A stretch of 64,000 nt of DNA from Gammaproteobacteria bacterium. Lineage in GTDB: Bacteria > Pseudomonadota > Gammaproteobacteria > JAUZRS01. Positions 36,032 to 45,642 of this stretch are shown here, one piece after another. Numbering within the stretch: the first letter of the stretch is position 1; each line of letters starts with the position of its first letter. Under the pieces are notes generated by a model that was not told the origin of the DNA, made no database searches, and saw only the letters and a list, made by a program, of their open reading frames with translations. Where the stretch lies: positions 200,534-264,533 of the forward strand of contig JAUZSP010000002.1 of assembly GCA_030949385.1 (NCBI GenBank), written 5' to 3'. Position numbers and translations under genes: made by a program.

Positions 36032-37855
36032 TTAATCTTGGTCAAGGAAACTGCGCAATTGCTCCGACCGAGTGGGGTGACGCAGTTTGCGCAGTGCTTT
36101 GGCTTCGATTTGACGAATGCGCTCACGAGTCACATCAAACTGTTTGCCCACTTCTTCCAAGGTGTGGTCGGTGTTCATGCCAATACCGAAGCGCATCCGC
36201 AGCACTTTAGCTTCACGAGGGGTGAGGCTGGTGAGCACGTCTTGAGTGGTTTCGCCCAACCCTTGGATGGTGGCTGACTCCACAGGAGACATAACCGCAC
36301 CATCTTCAATAAAGTCTCCCAAATGAGAATCTTCATCATCGCCAATGGGGGTTTCCATTGAGATCGGTTCTTTGGCGATTTTGAGTACTTTACGAATTTT
36401 GTCTTCTGGCATCTCCATTCGTTCCGACAGCTCCTCTGGGGTGGCATCGCGCCCCATCTCTTGCAGCATTTGGCGCGAGATACGATTGAGCTTGTTGATC
36501 GTTTCGATCATGTGTACTGGAATACGAATGGTGCGTGCCTGATCGGCAATGGAGCGGGTGATGGCTTGACGAATCCACCAAGTAGCGTAGGTGGAGAACT
36601 TGTAACCACGACGGTATTCAAATTTATCCACCGCTTTCATCAAACCGATGTTGCCTTCTTGGATCAGATCCAAGAATTGCAGACCTCGGTTGGTGTATTT
36701 TTTCGCAATGGAGATCACCAAACGCAGGTTGGCTTCCACCATTTCTTTCTTGGCGCGGCGGGCTTTGGCTTCACCCAAGGACATGCGACGGTTGATCTCT
36801 TTCAAATCGCTGATGGAGAGACGCGATGCTTTTTCGATGTTTTCCAAGCGCTGTTGTAGGCGCAGGATTTCACCTTTGTTGTTTTTCAGTGTGTCTGAGT
36901 AGCTCTGATTGGCTTCAATGTGGGCATCGAGCCAATCCATATTGCTTTCATTGCCAGGGAAAGAACTGATAAAGGTCTTGCGTGGCATGTGTGAGTATTT
37001 GATGCACAGGTCGCGAATCAGGCGCTCGTACTCACGGATTTGAGAAATGATCGCAATGGCTTTTTTGCCTAAAAAGTCAACAAAGATCGGGGTCAGTTTG
37101 ATCTCCATCAGGCAAACAGGCATGGCATTTCGGGCTTTGCTGATCGCCGTAGGATTGGCATTTTCCAAAGCTTCCAGAGTGGCATCGTAAAGTTTACGCA
37201 GCCGTGCCATATGAGCCTTGACCTCTTCGGGGTCTGGGCCGGTATCGACGGGCTCTTCGCTGGCCTCGTTGTTTTCCTCGGCGGCCTTTTTCTCTGCTCG
37301 ACTTTTCGCTACTTCACTGGGAGTAGGGATCTTGTCATCTGCATCAGGGTCGATAAACGCAACCATTAAATCGCTGAGGCGGGTTTCGCCAGCGACGACT
37401 TTTTCGTGCCGCTCTAAGATGCCCGCAATGGTGGTGGGATCGGTGGCCAGTGCTTGCAGGGATTGTTTTAAACCCTCTTCGATGCGTTTGGCAATCTCGA
37501 TTTCGCCTTCGCGAGTCAATAGCTCAACGGTGCCCATTTCGCGCATGTACATACGCACGGGGTCGGTGGTGCGACCAAATTCACTGTCTACCGTCGCCAG
37601 CGCGGCGGCGGCTTCGTCAGCGGCGTCGTCGTCGGTGCCGATGGCGTTGTCAGAGAGAATAAGGCTGTCACGATCAGGCGCTACTTCATGGACAGAGATG
37701 CCCATGTCATTGATCATGCCGATGATCTCTTCAACCTGATCCGCTTCTACGATACCTTCGGGCAGGTGATCGTTGACTTCCGCGTAGGTGAGATAACCCT
37801 GTTCTTTGCCTTTGGCGATGAGTTGCTTTAAGCGAGATTGTTGTTCTTGATCCAT
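36032..37855 (-). CDS. rpoD: RNA polymerase sigma factor RpoD (sigma70)
   Basis: 607 aa. Regions 1.1-4.2 with the acidic insertion. Region 2.4/4.2 motifs conserved. Confidence 0.95.
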   Translation of the reverse strand: MDQEQQSRLKQLIAKGKEQGYLTYAEVNDHLPEGIVEADQVEEIIGMINDMGISVHEVAPDRDSLILSDNAIGTDDDAADEAAAALATVDSEFGRTTDPVRMYMREMGTVELLTREGEIEIAKRIEEGLKQSLQALATDPTTIAGILERHEKVVAGETRLSDLMVAFIDPDADDKIPTPSEVAKSRAEKKAAEENNEASEEPVDTGPDPEEVKAHMARLRKLYDATLEALENANPTAISKARNAMPVCLMEIKLTPIFVDFLGKKAIAIISQIREYERLIRDLCIKYSHMPRKTFISSFPGNESNMDWLDAHIEANQSYSDTLKNNKGEILRLQQRLENIEKASRLSISDLKEINRRMSLGEAKARRAKKEMVEANLRLVISIAKKYTNRGLQFLDLIQEGNIGLMKAVDKFEYRRGYKFSTYATWWIRQAITRSIADQARTIRIPVHMIETINKLNRISRQMLQEMGRDATPEELSERMEMPEDKIRKVLKIAKEPISMETPIGDDEDSHLGDFIEDGAVMSPVESATIQGLGETTQDVLTSLTPREAKVLRMRFGIGMNTDHTLEEVGKQFDVTRERIRQIEAKALRKLRHPTRSEQLRSFLDQD

Positions 37856-38024
37856 AGGGGATAAATAATAACTTTTGTGGGCAAACGCCCATTATGGTTG
37901 AGTTTTATAATTTTGTCCATCTAGAGAGATAAATAGGCTTTTTAGGTATTTATTCTTTGGATATTTAAAAAACCCTCTGTAAACAGTCAGAGGGTTTTAG
38001 TTTCATCAGGAGTTGCGCTGGGGC

Positions 38025-38339
38025 TTATTTTCCAGCAGGCAAACCTGAGAAGTGAGCAGCCAAGTTGGCCATATCAGAATCGCTCAAAGGTTTGGCCATA
38101 TTGCCCATGATGGGGTCTTTACGCGTACCGCTTTTGAAGGCTTTCAGTTGTTTAACGAGGTAGCCTTCTTTTTGGCCTGCCAAGTTGGGGAACAGAGGGC
38201 CTATGCTGATACCAGCAGAGCCATGACAACCGGCACAAACGGCTGATTTTGATTTGCCAGCAGCTGCATCGCCGCCCGCCAAAGTTGCTCCACTAACAGC
38301 CATAAAGGTTGCGGCGACGATAAATGCTATTTTTTTCAT
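38025..38339 (-). CDS. Class I monoheme cytochrome c (c552/c553-like), periplasmic
   Basis: Signal peptide, single CAGCHG heme-binding motif, distal Met region. Confidence 0.8.
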   Translation of the reverse strand: MKKIAFIVAATFMAVSGATLAGGDAAAGKSKSAVCAGCHGSAGISIGPLFPNLAGQKEGYLVKQLKAFKSGTRKDPIMGNMAKPLSDSDMANLAAHFSGLPAGK

Positions 38340-38864
38340 ACTCTACTTCTCCATTGGCTCCGATCAGGAGCGATTAAAATTCAAATTGTTCATTGTTCTC
38401 AGTTTTTTGAGATGAACGGCTTGGCAGTGATTGTTTCAAATTACCCCAGGCGGTGTAAACAATATTGCGGTGACTAAAGTGGGTCACTTATTAGTATGTG
38501 CATAGAATATCAGAATTTTTTTATAATTTTTAGAGCTTTATCGCACTTTTTGCCCATTTGCCTGAAAATAAGCCCGATTGGTCGCTGGTTTTATTGTTCG
38601 ATTTGTGGCTGGAGAGAAGTTCGTTAGAGGTTAACAATTATTACGCCATCAATAGAGAGGTTGTTCGCTTTTATTTTCTGTGCTTGTGAGGCAGATGAGG
38701 GGAGCTTGTTCGGTGCGAACTCCTTTGCGCCTATTAATATGTGTAAAAATGGCTAAAAATCTGATTTTTTATGACCTTTTGATCGGTAGGGTCATTGTTT
38801 TTAGGTTCAAAAAGGAGTAGATTGCCCGCACTTAATATTAGCAAACTCTAATTAAGGTGTTTTG

Positions 38865-40664
38865 ATGGATTCGAAAGCAGTTGATCCCCGTTGGCTCTGG
38901 TTATTTCCTTTTATGAGTTGGTTGCCTTCGGTAACCAAACGCGATGTGCGTGCCGATGTGATGGCGGCGATTACCGGCGCTATTGTGGTGTTGCCGCAAG
39001 GGGTGGCGTTTGCCACCATCGCCGGTATGCCGCCGGAATACGGTCTCTATGCGGGCATGATTCCGGCTATTATTGCCGCGCTGTACGGTTCATCAAAACA
39101 TCTGGTCTCGGGGCCAACCACGGCAGCGTCCATCGTCTTGTTTTCGGCTCTGTCGGTGTACGCTGAACCAGGTTCAATGGATTACGTTGCCTTGGCCTTG
39201 ACCTTGACCTTTATGGTGGGGGTATTTCAGATTGTTTTAGGCTGGGCACGAATGGGGGTGTTGGTTAACTTTATCTCTCATTCGGTGATCATTGGTTTCA
39301 CCGCCGGTGCGGCGTTGTTGATCGCCGCCAAGCAGTTGACGTATTTTTTTGGGATCGAAATTGAGCGCGGCGGTCATATGCACGAAATTTTGATTCAATT
39401 TTTTCAGCAGTTGGGTGACATTAACCCTTATGTGACCTTGGTGGCGATGGTGACGCTGTTGTCGGGCATTGCGATTAAACGCTGGATGCCACGAGTGCCG
39501 TACATGGTGATGGCGATGTTGATTGGCAGTATTGTTGCGGCGATTATCAACACTTTATTAGGTGGAGAAGCCGTGACCGGTGTGGTGACAGTGGGAGCAT
39601 TGCCTGCCAGTTTGCCACCCTTGTCGGCTCCCTCCTTAACACTGGAAAACATCAAAAACTTAGCGCCTGTGGCCTTGGCGGTGACTCTGTTCGCCTTGAC
39701 CGAAGCGGTCTCTATTGGCCGTTCTTTGGCCGCTAAGGGCGGTTATCGCATTGATGGTAATCAGGAGTTTATTGGCCAAGGCCTCTCTAATGTGGCAGGT
39801 TCATTTTTCTCCGGTTATGTGGCAACGGGATCGTTTAATCGCAGTGGTTTGAACTTCCAGTCCGGTGCGCGTACCCCGATTGCGGCCATGTTGGCGGGTC
39901 TGTTGCTGATGCTGATTGTTTTGCTGGTGGCTCCTTGGGCGGCTTACTTGCCCAAAGCGGCGATGGCGGGCATTCTCTTTCTGGTGGCTTGGGGGTTGAT
40001 CGATTTTCATGAGATTGGCCATATTTTGAAAGCCTCTAAGCGAGAAACGACCATTTTGTTGGTGACTTTCTTGAGCGCGCTCTTTTTGGAATTGGAGTTT
40101 GCTATTTTTGCTGGTGTGTTGCTCTCTTTGGTGCTTTATCTGGAGCGCGTTTCTAAGCCACGTACCGTGACTCGCACCCCTGATCCTCGTTTGCCTAAAC
40201 AGGCTTTCTCCAGTGATCCGAGTTTGACCCAGTGTCCACAGCTGCGTTTTGTGCGCGTGGATGGTTCGCTCTTTTTTGGCTCGGTCAGTCATGTGCAGGA
40301 CTTTTTCGACAAAATACGCAGTGAGTTTCCTGAGCAGACGCATCTGGCGCTCTTTACTCAAGGGATTAATTTTGTTGACCCTCAAGGGGGGGATGCGCTG
40401 GTGGAAGAGGCCAAACGGCGACGTGAAATGGGTGGCGCACTCTATTTGATCAACGTCAAGCAGGGCTTGTGGGATTCATTGGAGCGATGTGGCTGTTTGG
40501 ATGAGATTGATCCTCGGCATGTGTTCCAGTCAAAAACCGCCGCCATTCACGCCCTTTATCAGAAATTGAATCGTGATAAGTGTAACGTGTGTGATGCGCG
40601 TATTTTCCATGAGTGTGGTAAAAAAGTCGAAACTGAGAGGGAGGTAACGTTAAATAAGGTTTGA
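38865..40664 (+). CDS. SulP-family anion transporter with C-terminal STAS domain
   Basis: SulP signature region (LVSGPTTAASIVLF...), about 11 TM helices. STAS domain (LRFVRVDGSLFFGSVSH...). Extra C-terminal CNVCDARIFHEC segment. Confidence 0.85.
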   Translation: MDSKAVDPRWLWLFPFMSWLPSVTKRDVRADVMAAITGAIVVLPQGVAFATIAGMPPEYGLYAGMIPAIIAALYGSSKHLVSGPTTAASIVLFSALSVYAEPGSMDYVALALTLTFMVGVFQIVLGWARMGVLVNFISHSVIIGFTAGAALLIAAKQLTYFFGIEIERGGHMHEILIQFFQQLGDINPYVTLVAMVTLLSGIAIKRWMPRVPYMVMAMLIGSIVAAIINTLLGGEAVTGVVTVGALPASLPPLSAPSLTLENIKNLAPVALAVTLFALTEAVSIGRSLAAKGGYRIDGNQEFIGQGLSNVAGSFFSGYVATGSFNRSGLNFQSGARTPIAAMLAGLLLMLIVLLVAPWAAYLPKAAMAGILFLVAWGLIDFHEIGHILKASKRETTILLVTFLSALFLELEFAIFAGVLLSLVLYLERVSKPRTVTRTPDPRLPKQAFSSDPSLTQCPQLRFVRVDGSLFFGSVSHVQDFFDKIRSEFPEQTHLALFTQGINFVDPQGGDALVEEAKRRREMGGALYLINVKQGLWDSLERCGCLDEIDPRHVFQSKTAAIHALYQKLNRDKCNVCDARIFHECGKKVETEREVTLNKV

Positions 40665-40755
40665 AGCGAGTATATATACATTGGCTGTACTTGGAGCAAA
40701 TGAATTGTTCGATTTTTTTGAATGTAGTAATTAAGTGGAGATTTGGAACGTGAAA

Positions 40756-41049
40756 ATGCAAGCTGTATCTGCGGTTTTTTTGATGTTGGGTCTATGGAAT
40801 GTAGCTCAAGCAGGGGATGTGGTTGCGGGCAAAAAAGCCTCTGCGATGTGTGCCGGATGTCATGGGGCGGCAGGTGTGAGCGCCATCGGTCAAAACCCTA
40901 ATCTTGCAGGTCAGAATGAAGCCTACTTCATCAATACCTTGAAAGCTTATCGTGATGGGAAGCGCAAACACTCGATGATGGGCATGGTCTCAAAAGGATT
41001 GAGTGATGCGGATATGGCCAATCTTGCTGCCTATTATAAAAGCCTTTAA
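40756..41049 (+). CDS. Class I monoheme cytochrome c, paralog of 38025..38339
   Basis: Signal peptide, CAGCHG motif. About 50% identical to the other cytochrome. Confidence 0.8.
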   Translation: MQAVSAVFLMLGLWNVAQAGDVVAGKKASAMCAGCHGAAGVSAIGQNPNLAGQNEAYFINTLKAYRDGKRKHSMMGMVSKGLSDADMANLAAYYKSL

Positions 41050-41055
41050 ATTGCA

Positions 41056-41640
41056 TTAAGGGTTTTGGGTTTGTCGTAAGTCATCCGTTGTGTTGAGGTT
41101 ACGAAAGGCCTTTGTTTGATCAGAAAAGTCGCTTACAGCGACTTTTTCTGTTTCTAGCCAGCGATGAACGGCCAAACCATCTTGTTGGAGATAAGCGTCT
41201 AGAGAAACCTGCCGATTTTGTTTCAAGAGCATAAAGAGCGGTTGCTGGCGTTGACCATCAAAGGCGATGCTGATGTCGGCGTGTTCTTGTTGCAATGTTT
41301 TGTAGAGCCGTTCTGCCAGATCCAAGGGCAGGTGCGGGCTGTCACAGGGAGCGATGAGCAGATAAGGGCTACGGGTGTTGTGCAGTGCGCTGCTGATACC
41401 GGCCAGTGGACCCTGAAAATCACTCAATTGATCGCTAAAAACAGCGTACCCATATTTTTTATAGCGTTCTAAATTACGGTTGGCGTTAATAGCGAGTGTG
41501 TCCACTTGCGGTCTGAGGCGTGCTAAAACGTGTTCGATCAGAGGTTTCTGCTGATAGTGAATCAGACCTTTGTCCTCTCCTCCCATGCGGCGTGCTCGGC
41601 CTCCGGCGAGAATCACGGCGCTGATCTTGTGTTTGTGCAT
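41056..41640 (-). CDS. mobA: Molybdenum cofactor guanylyltransferase
   Basis: ILAGGRARRMGG.DKGL N-terminal motif. 194 aa. Confidence 0.85.
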   Translation of the reverse strand: MHKHKISAVILAGGRARRMGGEDKGLIHYQQKPLIEHVLARLRPQVDTLAINANRNLERYKKYGYAVFSDQLSDFQGPLAGISSALHNTRSPYLLIAPCDSPHLPLDLAERLYKTLQQEHADISIAFDGQRQQPLFMLLKQNRQVSLDAYLQQDGLAVHRWLETEKVAVSDFSDQTKAFRNLNTTDDLRQTQNP

Positions 41641-41733
41641 TGTTCGTTGCCTCTGAAAAAGAGGCTCAGATGCTAGCCTAATCGGAGTGATTCTGTAACA
41701 CTTGGCAGCCCTTTTTTTGTCGATTTATTTGGG

Positions 41734-43134
41734 ATGTTGCCTGTGTCTCGTTGTGATTCGCTGCCCTATTTTCATGACAGTGCGCTGTTGTTTGAGCGCT
41801 TAGCGGATCTGCCGTGGGCGCTGTTTCTCGACAGTGGTCGTCCTGCGGGTACTTTGGGGCGTTTTGATATTTTGTCCGCTGAGCCTTTTGTGACGCTGGT
41901 AACACGGGAAGGCGTGACCACAGTGACGACCGAAGAGGCCTGTTGGGACTCTCAAGAAGATCCGTTTCAGCTGTTGCGTGAACAGCTCTCGCCTTGGCAA
42001 GAGCCTGTGGGAGAGCTGCCGTTTTATGGTGGCGCAATGGGCTATTTTTCCTATGATTTGGCGCGTTTGCTGGAGTCGTTGCCGGAGTGGGCGGCAGAGA
42101 AAGAGCCGTTGCCGCAGATGGCGGTGGGCATTTACGACTGGGCGGTGGTGGTGGATCACCAGTTGCAGCAGAGCTGGTTGGTGTCGGCGGGGCGTGATCT
42201 CAAGACGACTCAGATATGGCCGCAATTGTTGGCGTGGTTTGAAAATCCAGAAGAGGCAAAGCAGCGGCGCGCTTTTCGAGTGGAGTCGGAGCTGAGTGCT
42301 TCGGAGACCGAGTGCAGCTATCGTCAGGCTGTGGCGCGGATTCACGATTACATTCGAGCGGGGGACTGTTATCAGGTTAATTTTGCTCAGCGATTTGATG
42401 TTGAGGTGAAAGGGGACAGTTGGCAAGGCTACCGTTCATTGCGTCACTCTAATCCAGCTCCTTATGGTGCTTATTTTTCTACCCCTTTTGCGACGCTGTT
42501 GAGCAGCTCCCCCGAATGTTTTTTACAGCATAAAAAAGGGCGGGTGATTACTCAACCGATCAAAGGCACTCGGCCTCGTTTTGATAACCGTGAGGAGGAT
42601 AAAAGGTCGGCTGATGAATTGATTCACAGTGTGAAGGATCGCGCTGAAAATGTGATGATTGTGGATCTGTTGCGTAACGATTTGAGCAAACACGCGCGAC
42701 CGGCTTCGGTTAAGGCGGTGAAACTGTGTGAATTACAGAGTTTTCCAAGAGTGCATCATTTGGTCAGCCGCATTGAGGCGGAGTTAAAAGAGGGTGTGGA
42801 TGCCGTGCAGCTGTTGGCGGACTGTTTTCCAGGTGGCTCCATTACCGGTGCGCCTAAAATTCGTGCGATGCAGATCATTGAAGAGCTGGAGGCCTGTCGT
42901 CGAGGGGTTTACTGCGGCAGCGTGGCTTACATCGGTTTTGATGGCAGCATGGACAGCAGCATCACCATTCGCACCATGGTTAGAGTAAATGAACATCTTC
43001 ATTTCTGGGCGGGAGGTGGTATTGTGGCCGATTCTCAGTGGCAGGCGGAATATCAGGAGAGTTTTGACAAGGCAGCGGCTTTTTTAGATTTTTTGATTGG
43101 CAGTGGATTCTGGAAGGAGACGGCTCATGAATGA
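41734..43134 (+). CDS. pabB: Aminodeoxychorismate synthase component I
   Basis: Colinear with E. coli PabB (PWALFLDSG, GDCYQVNFAQRF, FPGGSITGAPKIRAMQIIEELE, SITIRT). Confidence 0.85.
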   Translation: MLPVSRCDSLPYFHDSALLFERLADLPWALFLDSGRPAGTLGRFDILSAEPFVTLVTREGVTTVTTEEACWDSQEDPFQLLREQLSPWQEPVGELPFYGGAMGYFSYDLARLLESLPEWAAEKEPLPQMAVGIYDWAVVVDHQLQQSWLVSAGRDLKTTQIWPQLLAWFENPEEAKQRRAFRVESELSASETECSYRQAVARIHDYIRAGDCYQVNFAQRFDVEVKGDSWQGYRSLRHSNPAPYGAYFSTPFATLLSSSPECFLQHKKGRVITQPIKGTRPRFDNREEDKRSADELIHSVKDRAENVMIVDLLRNDLSKHARPASVKAVKLCELQSFPRVHHLVSRIEAELKEGVDAVQLLADCFPGGSITGAPKIRAMQIIEELEACRRGVYCGSVAYIGFDGSMDSSITIRTMVRVNEHLHFWAGGGIVADSQWQAEYQESFDKAAAFLDFLIGSGFWKETAHE

Positions 43135-43471
43135 ACGAAGAGGTGCGAAGCGCACGCATTTGATGTTTCACATCACGGTACTGGACTGTGATACAGATGA
43201 AAACTTGGGTTACTTGGTGGATCTGACCACCGAGGGTTTGTTATTAATAAGTGAAGAACCACCTGAATTAAATAAAGTGTTTAAGCTTTGTTTGCATCTG
43301 CCTGTGGACGTTTTTGGTATGAGTGAGTTGAATTTGGTGGCCGAGAGTCGCTGGTGCAAAAAAGACCTTAATCCTGAATTTTATGACACCGGTTTTCGCA
43401 TGATTGAGGTTGCTCAAGAGCAGGTGGAGAAGATCAACTGCATGATTGAAGAGTACGGCTTCACTGATTGA
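43127..43471 (+). CDS. PilZ-domain (c-di-GMP-binding) protein
   Basis: RRGAKR (RxxxR) and DLTTEGLLL (D/NxSxxG) motifs. Overlaps the pabB 3' end by 8 nt. Confidence 0.7.
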   Translation: MNERRGAKRTHLMFHITVLDCDTDENLGYLVDLTTEGLLLISEEPPELNKVFKLCLHLPVDVFGMSELNLVAESRWCKKDLNPEFYDTGFRMIEVAQEQVEKINCMIEEYGFTD

Positions 43472-43645
43472 TCCATAAGGCGTAAATGTGTTTTTCATTA
43501 AGCCTGTTCAGGCCGATGTCAGAGGGGCTTGTTATTCTCGCGCTGGCTGAAAAGTTTTCTTAAAAAAGCTTTTTCTGGTTGGGCGGTGTGTCATAATCGC
43601 CCCACTTTTTTAACTGCTTTTTCTTCCTTTCGTAGGAGTGTAACT

Positions 43646-44323
43646 ATGTCATCCAGTTATCTAACCGGTATTTTTGCCGCCTCTCCAGTAGAACCAATGC
43701 AGAGCCATATGGATAAGGTGTTCGCCTGTGTCTCGGAGCTGATTCCTTTTGTTGAGGCGGTGTTGGCAGAAGACGACGAATTGGCGTTAACGCTGAAAAA
43801 GAAAATTTCTCGCCTAGAGCGTGAAGCGGACAAGCTGAAAAAGTCCTTGCGGATGCAGCTGCCCAAGTCGCTGTTTATGCCGGTGTCACGTCGGGATCTG
43901 TTGGAAGTGTTGACCATGCAAGACAAAGTGGCCAATCGCGCGAAAGACATTTCTGGTTTGATGTCGGGGCGTAAAATGCGTCTGCCTAAGCAGATGGGGG
44001 CGCTCTATTTGGCCTTTACCCAACGCTGTTTGGATGCCTGTGCGCAGGCACGAGAGGCGATTCATGAGCTGGATGAGCTGCTGGAGACCGGCTTTAAAGG
44101 CAATGAGGTGGATCTGGTGGTGAAGATGTTGGGTGAGCTGGATCGAATCGAAGCGGATACGGATCGTCTGCAAGCGGAGTTGCGCGGTGTGTTGTTTGAT
44201 ATTGAGAAAGATCTGCCCCCGATTGATGCGATGTTTCTCTATCAAATGATTGATTGGACCGGTGATGTGGCGGATCGCGCTCAACGGGTCGGCAGTCGTT
44301 TGCAAATTTTGCTGGCGCGTTAG
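43646..44323 (+). CDS. DUF47/PhoU-like putative phosphate-transport regulator
   Basis: All-helical, about 225 aa. Immediately upstream of a PiT transporter, the usual pairing for this family. Confidence 0.7.
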   Translation: MSSSYLTGIFAASPVEPMQSHMDKVFACVSELIPFVEAVLAEDDELALTLKKKISRLEREADKLKKSLRMQLPKSLFMPVSRRDLLEVLTMQDKVANRAKDISGLMSGRKMRLPKQMGALYLAFTQRCLDACAQAREAIHELDELLETGFKGNEVDLVVKMLGELDRIEADTDRLQAELRGVLFDIEKDLPPIDAMFLYQMIDWTGDVADRAQRVGSRLQILLAR

Positions 44324-44332
44324 GAGAGAGTT

Positions 44333-45589
44333 ATGGAATACGCACAAATTTATCTGGGATTGGCTGCCGCTTTTGGGCTGTTTATGGCTTGGGGTATCGG
44401 TGCCAACGACGTGGCCAATGCGATGGCGACGTCGGTCGGTTCCAAGGCGTTGACGATCAAATCTGCGATTATCATTGCGGCTATTTTTGAGTTTGCGGGT
44501 GCCTTTTTGGCGGGTGGCGAGGTAACGGCCACGATTCGCAAAGGCATCATTGATGTCAGTCAGTTGGAGGGCTCGCCTGAGTTGCTGGTGTACGGCATGT
44601 TGGCTTCTCTGTTGGCGGCGGGGTGCTGGTTGCTGATGGCGTCTTCAAGAGGTTGGCCTGTTTCTACGACTCACAGCATCGTCGGAGCCATTGTTGGTTT
44701 TGCCATGGTGGGCATCGGCATGGATGCGGTCAAATGGGATAAAGTCGGCAGCATTGTCATGAGTTGGGTGGTGTCGCCGGTGATGGCGGGTTTATTGGCG
44801 TACATTCTCTTTATGAGTGTGCAGCGCTTGATTTTGAACACCAGTGAGCCGTTGAAAAATGCCAAGCGTTATGTGCCTTATTACATCTTTTTGGTTGGTT
44901 TTATTATCTCCCTTGTTACCTTGTTCAAAGGTCTAAAACATGTGGGAATAGAGTTTTCGCTGGGGCAGGCCTATCTGATTGCGTTTCTTATTGGTGCTGC
45001 GATTGCCCTAATAGGAACGGTATTGATTGCGCGAATTAAAATTGAAGCTTCAGCAGATCGAAATTTTCATTTTGCCAATGTGGAAAAAGTCTTCGGTGTT
45101 TTGATGATCTTTACCGCCTGTGCAATGGCTTTTGCACACGGTTCCAACGATGTGGCGAACGCCGTTGGGCCAGTGGCGGCGATTGTCGGCATTGTGCAGA
45201 GTGGCGGTGAGCTGACCCAGACATCGGTGATGCCGATCTGGATTCTATTGGTTGGTGGGGTTGGCATCGTAGCGGGTCTGGTGATGTACGGTCACAAAGT
45301 GATTGCCACCGTTGGCGATAAAATCACTGAGTTGACCCCCAGCCGTGGTTTTGCCGCCACCTTGGCGGCTGCCACCACGGTGGTGATCGCCTCGGGTACC
45401 GGTTTGCCGATCTCCACCACTCACACCTTGGTGGGGGCGATTTTGGGTGTCGGCATTGCCCGTGGCATTGGCGCTCTGAACCTGCAAGTGGTGCGTAACA
45501 TCTTTATGTCGTGGGTGATCACCTTGCCCGCCGGTGGTTTGCTGGCCATTTTGTTCTTCTTTGCTTTGAAAGGGGCGTTTTCCGCTTAG
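44333..45589 (+). CDS. pit: Inorganic phosphate transporter, PiT family
   Basis: Duplicated GANDVANA motifs (GIGANDVANAMATSVG, HGSNDVANAVGPVAA). Confidence 0.9.
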   Translation: MEYAQIYLGLAAAFGLFMAWGIGANDVANAMATSVGSKALTIKSAIIIAAIFEFAGAFLAGGEVTATIRKGIIDVSQLEGSPELLVYGMLASLLAAGCWLLMASSRGWPVSTTHSIVGAIVGFAMVGIGMDAVKWDKVGSIVMSWVVSPVMAGLLAYILFMSVQRLILNTSEPLKNAKRYVPYYIFLVGFIISLVTLFKGLKHVGIEFSLGQAYLIAFLIGAAIALIGTVLIARIKIEASADRNFHFANVEKVFGVLMIFTACAMAFAHGSNDVANAVGPVAAIVGIVQSGGELTQTSVMPIWILLVGGVGIVAGLVMYGHKVIATVGDKITELTPSRGFAATLAAATTVVIASGTGLPISTTHTLVGAILGVGIARGIGALNLQVVRNIFMSWVITLPAGGLLAILFFFALKGAFSA

Positions 45590-45610
45590 AAAATGGGGCA
45601 GTGATTGTGG

Positions 45611-45642
45611 TCAAAAAAGGCTCCCTTGGGAGCCTTTTTTAG
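45611..45642. terminator. Bidirectional rho-independent terminator between pit (+) and rep (-)
   Basis: AAAAAAGGCTCCC ttgg GGGAGCCTTTTTT: perfect 8-bp GC-rich stem flanked by A-run and T-run. Confidence 0.75.

Noticed and set aside
38025-41049. The two inverted cytochrome c genes as terminal inverted repeats of a mobile element carrying sulP
   Set aside because: The proteins are only about half identical and no nucleotide-level inverted repeat, transposase or target-site duplication is visible. This is more likely an old paralog pair.
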